In this document: piece after piece, positions 27,561-36,771 of the stretch
Numbering within the stretch: the first letter of the stretch is position 1
Layout of the letters: each line of letters opens with the position of its first letter
DNA from: Candidatus Heimdallarchaeota archaeon
GTDB lineage: Archaea > Asgardarchaeota > Heimdallarchaeia > Hodarchaeales > Hodarchaeaceae
Direction of reading: 5' to 3'
DNA: 64,000 bases
NCBI GenBank assembly: GCA_020353515.1
Contig: CP070695.1
Location: 666,843-730,842 of the forward strand
The notes under the pieces: generated by a model
Told to the model about the DNA's origin: nothing
What the model saw: only the letters and a program-made list of their open reading frames with translations
The model's database searches: none
Position numbers and translations under genes: made by a program

Positions 27561-28931
27561 ATGTCAATTGAAGGAGGACCAGAATCAGAGATCTTTGCAA
27601 TTGGGATTGGTGAATGTGGCAGTAATCTCCTTGGGAGCTACCTAGCCAGATCTAAAAAAGGTGAGTTGCCTCAACGTATTAGAGAATATCTAGTACTGAA
27701 CACTGATAAAGGTGATTTACTGAAAGCCCGAAAAAAATATTCTATTTCAAAGAACCGAACCCTTCTCTATTCAGATGCAGAAATTGGAGTTGGGGGTAAG
27801 TTCTCAGCTGGTTATGAATCTGTAATAAACTCTCAGGACATTATTTTAAACCAGTTACAAGGGTTAGGTTATGAAGGAATTAGTGGATTTTGTATATTTA
27901 CAAGCTTTGGGGGAGGTACTGGATGTGGGGGAACACCTGCATTAATACAATTATTAAGAAAACGATTTGCTGAAGAAGAAAAACGTAAAATCTTCATATA
28001 CGTCTTTGGGGTCTTACCTTTCGTTAATCAGTCATCTGAAGCAGTTAATAGCGTCTGGGCTTTGTCGAAATTACTTAGACTTCAGCTCGAGGAAGGAAAT
28101 ATGGGACCAGATCTGATACTTCTTCTTTCTAATAGAACCATGCTTGAAAGGGTTTTAAGCTGGCAACGTGGGGAATCTGTCGATCTTTTGAGTCGCCAAA
28201 TAGGAAAAGATTTAGCTGACTTAAGTAGTGAACAGGTAAGTTCTAGTATTCCCACAGTTATCGGTCAAGATGGAACAACTTATCCAACCCAACTGGAAGA
28301 GGCTTTTGTTGAACTGGTTAATCCTCTAGCTTTGGAATCAATAGCTGAAATGTTATCACCTGGAGTACCAGAAGTTGGAAAGGAGGTTCTACCCACTACG
28401 GATATTGGTGACTTTGCGCTAAAATTAGATAGTGTCGTTGTACCTGCTATGTTTGATGATTTATCCGTTTTCCCAGAAATCGGAGGGATGGATTCTCAGC
28501 TTTCAACTGCTGTAGAATATACTCTTTCTAATTGTAGCTTAACGGATATGGGAACGAACCCAACTGCATCATCTGTTTTCTCAGTACTAAGCGGCCCCCG
28601 TAACATTGCGCGAGTAGAATATGATCCCCTTTTGAAAAAAGCATTGGCTCCTTTTCTAGCAAAAGGTGCGAGTATTTCTCCTACTTATTGTGCTTATGAT
28701 GATGATAGCACACGAGCATCTCTTCTTCTTTTGTTTGGTCTGCCAAAAATTCCAGAACTTCATGATATTCTTGAAGAAGCTAAAGCACTCATTAATCTTC
28801 ATAGTGGGGACTCTGAATTGAAACAACACTGGTTTAAACGTTCAAAAGGTACAACGCGAAAAGAACTTGATGAGGCCGTAAATGATCTGGAAAAATTATT
28901 CGGTTACTATATAAAACCAGAAAAAGGATAA
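27561..28931 (+). CDS. Tubulin/FtsZ-superfamily GTPase with tubulin-like C-terminal helices
   Basis: EIFAIGIGECGSN (T1), LNTD (T2), GVGG (T3), SFGGGTGCG (T4 signature), VLPF, EAVNS, TDIGDF (T7), C-terminal HWF...G...ELDEAVNDLEKL..YY. Confidence 0.92.
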   Translation: MSIEGGPESEIFAIGIGECGSNLLGSYLARSKKGELPQRIREYLVLNTDKGDLLKARKKYSISKNRTLLYSDAEIGVGGKFSAGYESVINSQDIILNQLQGLGYEGISGFCIFTSFGGGTGCGGTPALIQLLRKRFAEEEKRKIFIYVFGVLPFVNQSSEAVNSVWALSKLLRLQLEEGNMGPDLILLLSNRTMLERVLSWQRGESVDLLSRQIGKDLADLSSEQVSSSIPTVIGQDGTTYPTQLEEAFVELVNPLALESIAEMLSPGVPEVGKEVLPTTDIGDFALKLDSVVVPAMFDDLSVFPEIGGMDSQLSTAVEYTLSNCSLTDMGTNPTASSVFSVLSGPRNIARVEYDPLLKKALAPFLAKGASISPTYCAYDDDSTRASLLLLFGLPKIPELHDILEEAKALINLHSGDSELKQHWFKRSKGTTRKELDEAVNDLEKLFGYYIKPEKG

Positions 28932-28945
28932 GGTGCTAGATCAAA

Positions 28946-30025
28946 TTGGATAGAAGAGATCCGTCAAGGTTTGATTATACCCAAAAGCGCTCAGCTTCTA
29001 ACGAATCTATAGAAAGGCAACAAGACACAAAACAAGATCAAGTCGAGCGTAAAATCATTTCTTCAGATTTTTGGACATCCAGAGGAAACATGGGCGAGAA
29101 GATTAACATCTTAATTGGATTGAATCTTCAACTTATTAACATAATTTCCTCTTTAGTCCAAATACTAAGTAGAGAAAATACTCTAAGTGAAGATATGAGA
29201 ATAAGTTTAGAAATGACTAAGGAATTCCTTTCCAAAATAACCATACAGCCCGATTCAGGTTTGGAAATTTTAAAAAATCTCGAAACAATTGACACTAAAG
29301 TGACTACATTAATGGAGGGACTTAATACTGGAGTGTCACCGATAGCTATTGAAAAAGAACCCCAGGATGCTCCAGAAAAGATTTTTGGTTTTTTTCAACG
29401 AAATGCGGTCTATCTTGATAAATGGGGAATAATTGATTCTATTGATAACCTACAAGCCTCTTACTCGAACTTATCTCACTTGGGTTTTCCTAATTACTAT
29501 TCTTCTGCTTGTAGAGAATTACATCGTTATGAGATCCAACAAAATGCTCCTTTTTATAGCCAGTCTGAAATTATACAACTTCCTTCTTTTAAACTCAGAG
29601 ACCTTATAAGTAAGCTTCTACGAGAAGCGCCCGCCGCTCGGTTACTGCAAAATCTTCGTAAAATATTTCCTGCAGAACATGATTCAGCTCTTACATCAAC
29701 AGAACAAGATAAAATCCAAAAAATAGTAGAAATGTACTATAAATGTATTTCAGAATATTTCAATGAAACTCGCAGCTTGCAGGATTCCCTCCGCATCTCA
29801 TCAGGCATTCTAAAGAACTATAATCTAGGGACTGGAGACTTAGAATCGAGAATACCTAATGTCTCATTTAATATTGTGAAAGAAATCAGCTTAGACCTCC
29901 AAAATGCCAAAGATGATGAATTAAGAAGGTATATATTATCAGAAACTATCATCCTGATTCATCGATTGAATGATTCACTTTTACAGACAGAAAGATTTGT
30001 TCTCTTCTTGAGGCGTCTGAAATAA
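28946..30025 (+). CDS. Helical hypothetical protein in the tubulin-like cluster
   Basis: 359 aa, 14 nt downstream of the tubulin-like gene; predicted helical; no family recognised. Confidence 0.7.
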   Translation: MDRRDPSRFDYTQKRSASNESIERQQDTKQDQVERKIISSDFWTSRGNMGEKINILIGLNLQLINIISSLVQILSRENTLSEDMRISLEMTKEFLSKITIQPDSGLEILKNLETIDTKVTTLMEGLNTGVSPIAIEKEPQDAPEKIFGFFQRNAVYLDKWGIIDSIDNLQASYSNLSHLGFPNYYSSACRELHRYEIQQNAPFYSQSEIIQLPSFKLRDLISKLLREAPAARLLQNLRKIFPAEHDSALTSTEQDKIQKIVEMYYKCISEYFNETRSLQDSLRISSGILKNYNLGTGDLESRIPNVSFNIVKEISLDLQNAKDDELRRYILSETIILIHRLNDSLLQTERFVLFLRRLK

Positions 30026-30115
30026 CTTTTTTTTTATGTTTTAAGATATAATTAAAGATTTAAATTTCAGGTGTATTTTTGTTAAGAGTGAAGGAACTTC
30101 GTGTGAGGTAAGAAT

Positions 30116-31009
30116 ATGGGAATAGAAGATGGCATTAAAAATATACAGCAGATGACTTTGGAAAATAAGCAGTCACTCAACAAAATTCAAGATTTTGTAA
30201 GCACACTTCAAGGAATTCAAGATCCTTCCCAATCAATCCAAAATCTCTCAATGGTACTATTGAATTTTGAAGAAAAACTCGAACAATCAAACGAAAAAAT
30301 GAGAGGAGAAATGAACTCCATCCTTGAACTGGTTGATTCTTCACGGATAAGTACGGGTTTACAATCTTCAATTGAGAGTCTCCCCCAAATGATCTTGAGT
30401 CTTGAGGAATCCCTTGGAACTATTCTTAGTACGTTTGAGAAGACTTCTGAAGAGACAAAGAACGATTTGAAATTTATTAAGGTTAGTTATGTGGAAGATG
30501 TTGTTGGTAACATGCGTAATTTGTCTAAAGAAATTATAGATAAGGTGAATAGCTCCAACGACAGAACTACAGCCTTATATGAAGCCAGTGTTGGCCACTT
30601 TGGGGAAATAGTGGAAAAATTGAATAACATTGAAAGCAGCTTAAATGCACTAGTTGAGAATCAAGCAGATCAATTAGCAACTGTAGCAGATCTCAGGGAT
30701 CGTGTTAGTGCAATTATTCAGGTAGAATTGGCATCACTGCGTGATCGTATTGCAATCTATCTAGAGACAACTATAAATGAGCTAAAAACATCAGTAACGG
30801 AACGGTTAGCCGTTCAAGATGGAACTCTTCAGAAATTAACAAAAGTAACAAAACAATTAACTCAGAATATTGCAGCCCTACCTGAAGTAATAAAACAGCA
30901 AATTGATTCAGCAGTTGAAACAAGAGTAACAGCTGAACTAGCTTCAATGAAGAAAGAAATGAAGAAAATGACTGCATTAATTATTCAAGCTACAAAACGG
31001 TCTTCATGA
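30116..31009 (+). CDS. Long coiled-coil protein
   Basis: 297 aa of continuous heptad-like sequence with almost no aromatics; SD gaggt upstream. Confidence 0.75.
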   Translation: MGIEDGIKNIQQMTLENKQSLNKIQDFVSTLQGIQDPSQSIQNLSMVLLNFEEKLEQSNEKMRGEMNSILELVDSSRISTGLQSSIESLPQMILSLEESLGTILSTFEKTSEETKNDLKFIKVSYVEDVVGNMRNLSKEIIDKVNSSNDRTTALYEASVGHFGEIVEKLNNIESSLNALVENQADQLATVADLRDRVSAIIQVELASLRDRIAIYLETTINELKTSVTERLAVQDGTLQKLTKVTKQLTQNIAALPEVIKQQIDSAVETRVTAELASMKKEMKKMTALIIQATKRSS

Positions 31010-31744
31010 GTCAGCTGCTATTCGTTCAAAATTGTACGCTTCAAACATACCTCTTTCTGTCAAGAACTTGAATAGATCGAGAATTACCTCACCTTTATCG
31101 GTTCCAAAGCGTTCTAGACAATCATTAAATGAAACCATACTGTTCTTATCTAGCATGTCTTCAATTAACTGATCAAGACCTTCTTGAGGGATATCTCCTT
31201 TCATTTCTTTAATTTTAGGAAATTCTCTATAGAATGAATAAAGTTTCCCCCCACGAGGGGTTATTTCAAATAACAAAGTTGCAGGGTATTTAACGTATTC
31301 ATTTAGACTAGCAAACTGATCACCATAGATTCTCGACATTTTATCTCTGAAAAAATAAGCAGAAATAAGTGTTCCAACTCCAGAAAAGGAACTTTTCTGA
31401 AAGATAGGGTCATCCAGCTCCTCTGTATAATTATCTTCAAATTTCCTAACAAACTTCAATAAATCATTACGAATATTATATTCTTCACGTTCTTTAGCGT
31501 CTTTTTCAAGAACTACAATCGCGATCGCGATTACACGCTGTCCTTGCTCTAAAATCATATCTGCACCTTCCCCAAAGTCCACCTTTGATAATGATCCTTC
31601 ACCAATAGCTTCCATTCCGAAACTCCTCAGTGCCATTAGGAGGGAGCCAATCATGTCTTGATCTTGTTCAGTTGCACCAAATGATTGGCTATAAATAGTG
31701 AAGCCTTCGTCAGTTATTAAATAGACTGCTTTAAGACGAACCAT
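31004..31744 (-). CDS. Longin-domain protein with probable C-terminal winged helix
   Basis: AVYLITDEGFTIYSQSF...DMIGSLLMALRSFGMEA...FVRKFEDNY Asgard longin pattern; LFKFLTERGMFE at the C-terminus. Confidence 0.7.
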   Translation of the reverse strand: MVRLKAVYLITDEGFTIYSQSFGATEQDQDMIGSLLMALRSFGMEAIGEGSLSKVDFGEGADMILEQGQRVIAIAIVVLEKDAKEREEYNIRNDLLKFVRKFEDNYTEELDDPIFQKSSFSGVGTLISAYFFRDKMSRIYGDQFASLNEYVKYPATLLFEITPRGGKLYSFYREFPKIKEMKGDIPQEGLDQLIEDMLDKNSMVSFNDCLERFGTDKGEVILDLFKFLTERGMFEAYNFERIAADS

Positions 31745-31915
31745 CTCAAAATCACAATTTTTCCTTTATTATAGAGGATTCTGAATATGATTACAGAAGA
31801 TTTTTTCTGATATATTAAGCAATTGAAATGTTCCCCATTCTAAAAGACATTTCCATCACCACAATTTATAAATTTTTAATCAATGAAATCATTTCAATAG
31901 ATATATCTTACCGAC

Positions 31916-32881
31916 TTGAAGGAAATGAGAATTTCTGCTTTCATTCTGGCTGCGGGTAAAGGAACAAGGATGTTTCCAATTACTTCTGACACTCCAAAGC
32001 CGATGTTACCCATTTTGAATAAACCTATCATCTTTCATTCGATAGAACGCCTCTTAGAGGCTCAAATTTCAGATATAGGAATTATAATTGGGAAAAATGA
32101 CCAAATCATACCCTCTTATATCAATTCTACTTTTCCAGATCTCAATCCTTGTTTTATCGTACAAGAGAAAGCACTTGGAACTGCCCATGCAGTACTAGAA
32201 GTTCAAGATTATCTTACTGATAGAGATTTTTTGGTAATTGCAGGAGATTCACTATTCCCATCTTCTTTCTTGAAACAGCTAAGTAAGACACACCTTAAAG
32301 AAAAAAATGACATCACACTCACTCTCGAGAAAATGGAATTCGAATTAATGAAAGAATCCTCAACAGTTGACTTCCGTAATGGACGTGTGTTTGAGATCCG
32401 CGAGAAACCACAAACCCCAGCAGAAGTATTAAGTGAGCTTAATTCTGCAGCTCTTTATATGTTTTCAGTATCAATTTTTAAGGTGATAAAAAACATTACA
32501 AAGTCTAAACGTGGCGAATATGAATTAGCAACAGCTATTAACAAAATAATTAATCAAGGGGGTCAAGTGGGCGGTTTACTTTCAGAACGAGTGTGTCATA
32601 TAAGCACTATCCGCGATTTATGGCGATTTAATCTCAAATTTCTGCAAGAAACTCTCAAGGGAGAAGATACCAAAAATTTAATTGGGAATAATGTTACTAT
32701 AAAGGAGTCTGCAGCTATTAAGAATTCCATTCTGGGAGATAACTCCCTTGTTAAAGAGGGAGTAGAACTAAATAATTGTGTTGTTCTACCACATACCACA
32801 GTCGAGTATAACTACAAAAATGCACTAATTAAATCAGATTATACAGAATGTTTCAAAGATAATGAATTTCCAGTTATTTAA
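31916..32881 (+). CDS. Sugar-phosphate nucleotidyltransferase
   Basis: ILAAGKGTRM.P.T...PKPMLPI, LGTAHA, GD, EKP, SKRGEYEL; short left-handed beta-helix tail. Confidence 0.9.
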   Translation: MKEMRISAFILAAGKGTRMFPITSDTPKPMLPILNKPIIFHSIERLLEAQISDIGIIIGKNDQIIPSYINSTFPDLNPCFIVQEKALGTAHAVLEVQDYLTDRDFLVIAGDSLFPSSFLKQLSKTHLKEKNDITLTLEKMEFELMKESSTVDFRNGRVFEIREKPQTPAEVLSELNSAALYMFSVSIFKVIKNITKSKRGEYELATAINKIINQGGQVGGLLSERVCHISTIRDLWRFNLKFLQETLKGEDTKNLIGNNVTIKESAAIKNSILGDNSLVKEGVELNNCVVLPHTTVEYNYKNALIKSDYTECFKDNEFPVI

Positions 32882-32963
32882 GGAAATTTGCGGATGGTTT
32901 TTCTAGACCAATTTTTATCTTAACTTTGTTTGACAAATATTAGTTAATTCTATTCATTACCCT

Positions 32964-33950
32964 ATGCATGGTGCAATGATGACTTCAAATGTCACAAAAC
33001 TCTCTCGCTTATCTCGAAATAAAACAACAGGAAACTTTATCATCTCAATATTACTATTAATTGGAATCACTTTTAGTCTAAATGTAATTGGAATAGTCTC
33101 ATCAAATATAGACCGCTTTACACTCGTAATAGGTTTTTTTCTGAGTATTCTCTTTACTTATTTAGTGGACAGAAAATTACGGCAACCGTTTTTTTCAGAA
33201 ACATCACGTTATTTAGAAGAGCTATTAAATCGTCGTTATGATGTACAACAGGCAGCAGTTCAAATCGAACTTATTGAGCCACTCCAAAAAATGGCCTCGA
33301 TAAAAGAGGCATTAAGACAGATTGACGAACTTATTTTTCTTATGGAAGAGATATTGAACCTAACCTCTGATGACCTTTCAATGATTTCTCCTTCAATTCG
33401 AAAACATGACTTAAAAAAGGAACTACGGGAGATCAAGAAGATAGTGGAGGAATTTCTTGAGGAAGCAAGGAAAAAACGTAGGAATATTGAGTTTCTAGCT
33501 AATATACGGCATATTATTCTTGATTCAATTGGTAATCAGCTTTCCCGTCCTCAGAACGAAATAGAGGTTGATTATTTACTCTATAAAGTTCATAAGCATA
33601 TAAAAAGCCAAATTACAGATGAGTACTTGTTAAAACAAGTTCTTGAACATATTTTATTGCAAGGTGAGATCATTGGTAAATTAAACCAGATTGACAGCGG
33701 TGACCTGATTTTAAATGTAGAGAGATCTTATGAAGGAGAATCAATAGACGATATCTCCTGGGATAACGGGGATAAAAGTGAAAAAAGTTGTGTGATATGT
33801 CGGTACCCAATAAGATCACAAGAAAATTCTGTTGAATGTCCTTCGTGTCAAAATTCTTTTCATCGAAATCATCTTCTAGAATGGTTGAAAGTCTTCAATC
33901 AATGTCCAATGTGCCATCAACGGCTTACACTATTCTCCAATCCCTCATAG
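32964..33950 (+). CDS. Membrane-anchored RING-finger protein (putative E3 ligase)
   Basis: Two N-terminal TM helices, coiled coil, C-terminal CVIC-x12-CPSC-x4-H-x2-H..EWL..CPMC. Confidence 0.8.
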   Translation: MHGAMMTSNVTKLSRLSRNKTTGNFIISILLLIGITFSLNVIGIVSSNIDRFTLVIGFFLSILFTYLVDRKLRQPFFSETSRYLEELLNRRYDVQQAAVQIELIEPLQKMASIKEALRQIDELIFLMEEILNLTSDDLSMISPSIRKHDLKKELREIKKIVEEFLEEARKKRRNIEFLANIRHIILDSIGNQLSRPQNEIEVDYLLYKVHKHIKSQITDEYLLKQVLEHILLQGEIIGKLNQIDSGDLILNVERSYEGESIDDISWDNGDKSEKSCVICRYPIRSQENSVECPSCQNSFHRNHLLEWLKVFNQCPMCHQRLTLFSNPS

Positions 33951-34182
33951 ACGAGTATCTTTTATACTGATTCTCAATTAAGTATTGACAAGCACAAATC
34001 TATCAATATTAAGAGATTTTTCCTTCTTCGATGAAAATAATTTCAAAAACTTTTTATTAATCAATACATTGGGAACTTTTACTGGAGTACTCGGGTAATA
34101 AACATTTAAAAATGCAAATATAGAAAAATTAGTTTTTTCTAGAATTGTTAATTCGATGGGATAGATAGGGGTTACTTTGTAA

Positions 34183-34692
34183 ATGGATCCAGATGAAGGA
34201 TTTAGCCTGGATGGAATAGATGAGTTAGATACCCAATTGAAATTGTACCAAATGGGTGTGGAGTCATTCAGTCCTTATGCATCCACGGGAAAAGTCGATA
34301 TGATCATTCGTTCTGAAAATGGGGATCTAGTCCGATATGCAGACATTAAAGTTTGTACAGGTATTCGAAAGGGAGATAATGTTGTATGGGAGCTTGAAAT
34401 AGGCTTTTTTATGAATAATGAAAGTTTTATAATCTTAGCTGTTCGATTACCAGACGAAAACGAGTCATTTCAGAAGCATCATATGATCCTAGAATCGAAA
34501 AAATTCTTACAAATAGTAAAAAAGCGTAGAATGAAAACTAAAGATGATAAATGGGTAATCACCCTACCTTTTTCCGATCTCCAAATATTAAATAAAACAA
34601 AAAAGGCTAAAATCTCTAAACCTTTAACTAGATCTTTGAAACCGTTTTTTGACAATTGGGATTGTCTTCTTGAGTGGCGTAGTGACCGTTAA
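34183..34692 (+). CDS. PD-(D/E)XK nuclease-fold protein
   Basis: GKVDMIIR...YADIK motif. Confidence 0.5.
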   Translation: MDPDEGFSLDGIDELDTQLKLYQMGVESFSPYASTGKVDMIIRSENGDLVRYADIKVCTGIRKGDNVVWELEIGFFMNNESFIILAVRLPDENESFQKHHMILESKKFLQIVKKRRMKTKDDKWVITLPFSDLQILNKTKKAKISKPLTRSLKPFFDNWDCLLEWRSDR

Positions 34693-34706
34693 TACCAAGG
34701 AATTCT

Positions 34707-35486
34707 TCAAACATAAAGACCTTTACTTGGCTCTAGTCCTTCACCTTGAGATACCTGACGATTTCGTTCAGCTAATTCCATAAGAGACTTCTGAATTTTC
34801 CCTGCATCTTCAAGTAGCCTGGAAGTGTCAATCTCAAGATTTTTTATCAGATTCATAGCGTCGATCAACTTAGCAGCTCCTCCTGGGTCGGGATATGGGG
34901 TAGAAACGGAAGTAAGCAAAGTAAAACCTTTAATACGCGTAAGTAGGGCTTCATTCATGATTGCACCAGAAAGGCCCGAAATAAAACCGGTATGAGGCTT
35001 GGGAAAACCAAATTTCATAAGATCTTCATTTTCTTCATAGACTTGAGGTTCAGCTACGAGAAATACATTATCAGCTTTCTCGTCACGAGGATCAGCAACG
35101 AAGCCATCAAGACAAATAACTTGCTTGGTACCAATAGAGATTGCCCATTCTAATACGGCATTGGCAAGATAATAGTACGCTTGGGGTGGACAAGGAGATT
35201 CACCAATTAGAATTACTATTTGACGTTCTTTAGAACCATATATCCGATACGGGTATGCCAGAACACCATCGATGAATACGGAAACAGGTGGGATGAGAGG
35301 AGAGCGGATTGACCCTATCCATTCTAATTCAAGTTCTTTTATCATGTGTTTTGCAGCAATATTTCCAACCAATCCATGTCCAGGAAAACCAGCAGCAATC
35401 CATTTAGGATGAATGTCAGTTGTACATTCACACACTGTTTTACTGGGATCTGATCGAAATACTAGTTCTGATGATTCTTTTTCCAT
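34707..35486 (-). CDS. PAC2-family proteasome assembly chaperone
   Basis: GFPGHGLVGNIAA, YPYRIY, ISGLSG, YPDPGGA; C-terminal HbYX-like LYV. Confidence 0.9.
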   Translation of the reverse strand: MEKESSELVFRSDPSKTVCECTTDIHPKWIAAGFPGHGLVGNIAAKHMIKELELEWIGSIRSPLIPPVSVFIDGVLAYPYRIYGSKERQIVILIGESPCPPQAYYYLANAVLEWAISIGTKQVICLDGFVADPRDEKADNVFLVAEPQVYEENEDLMKFGFPKPHTGFISGLSGAIMNEALLTRIKGFTLLTSVSTPYPDPGGAAKLIDAMNLIKNLEIDTSRLLEDAGKIQKSLMELAERNRQVSQGEGLEPSKGLYV

Positions 35487-35624
35487 GATGTGACCTCCTA
35501 AAATTTGTATTTCTTATTTCTAAACTGTCTATGCAGTAAACTAAAAAAATCTATGTCAGTACTGAAAAGACAGTTCTTACATATTAATTCATCTTTAAAA
35601 ATTCAGTTCTTAATTAAGCACATT

Positions 35625-36044
35625 TTAAGGATTAGTATTTGTGCGAAGCCAATATAATGGAATACTTCGTAATTTTGTCTGGAATTCGACAATTTCTACA
35701 GGTTTAGCAATATAACAGTTTGTTCCTAGTGAATAAGCCAGTGATACATCTTTTTTATTAGCTGAAGTTGAAAGAATCACAATTGGAATATATTTTGTTT
35801 CCTCATTATTTTTCAAGATCTCTAATACTTCAAAACCATTCATTCGGGGCATCTTAATGTCCAAAAGAACTAGATCTGGTCTCAAACCATTGTGAACAAT
35901 CAAATTAACCGCTTCTTCCCCATCTTTTGCCCATTGGAATTCTAAATTTTGAAATGCAGCCAAAATACCACGTTTAATAAGAAAAGCGTGATCAGGGGAA
36001 TCTTCAACCAGTAAGACAAGTTTTTTTCGTTCTATGTCTGTCAT
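35625..36044 (-). CDS. Single-domain response regulator (Rcp1-like)
   Basis: LLVEDS, LVLLDIKMPRMNG, LSTS, KP, C-terminal YW. Confidence 0.93.
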   Translation of the reverse strand: MTDIERKKLVLLVEDSPDHAFLIKRGILAAFQNLEFQWAKDGEEAVNLIVHNGLRPDLVLLDIKMPRMNGFEVLEILKNNEETKYIPIVILSTSANKKDVSLAYSLGTNCYIAKPVEIVEFQTKLRSIPLYWLRTNTNP

Positions 36045-36087
36045 TCACTATATCTCACGATTTTTAATTTTTATAAATAACAACTAA

Positions 36088-36525
36088 TTAGATAAGGGAG
36101 GAAGGTAAGATGGCATGTTTAAACCAAAATTCACAAATAGTTTCTAGCTTTTTCCGGAATTTCTTCAAATCTCTAGGTTTAAGAACCCAAGAATTTGCCC
36201 CAAGGTTAAAACATTGTCTGATAGTTGTTATTTCATATAATCTCGAAAATATGATTATTGGAACATCTTTAAATGGTGATGATTCCTCTTTAAATTGTCT
36301 TAAAACTGCTATACCATCAAAATTCGAGTTTTCTATATCCAATAAAACTATCGAGATAATTGAGGGTGTTTTCGCGTTAAGAAAGTCAAAAACTTCCTCT
36401 TCATTCTTAAACCAGAACATATCAATCGTACTAGAAAACATATCAGTAAGGATTTGTTCTATAAGAGGCGTATACTCAGTATCTTCATCTACTACTAGAA
36501 CACTGTGGTTTTTAGGGGGATCCAC
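36088..36525 (-). CDS. Single-domain response regulator (Rcp1-like, divergent)
   Basis: VVDED, VLLD, PIIIFS, LGANSWVLKP, C-terminal FW. Confidence 0.85.
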   Translation of the reverse strand: MDPPKNHSVLVVDEDTEYTPLIEQILTDMFSSTIDMFWFKNEEEVFDFLNAKTPSIISIVLLDIENSNFDGIAVLRQFKEESSPFKDVPIIIFSRLYEITTIRQCFNLGANSWVLKPRDLKKFRKKLETICEFWFKHAILPSSLI

Positions 36526-36771
36526 TTATCTCAACCTAACTTACAAACATGTATGGATATAAGAGGGCTATAAATAATAAAATCGAAGTAAAACCCATTA
36601 AATTTTGCTTTCTTATTCGGTCTTTCGAAATTTATCCTGGATAATGATTCATTAGTAGTCAATTTAATTTCACAGTCGTTTGATAAAAACCTAGTTTTAT
36701 ACTCAATGTGAAAAAAGTTAAAGTACACATAAGAATAACCTTTATCTATAATTGAATCAGGCGATCAGACT

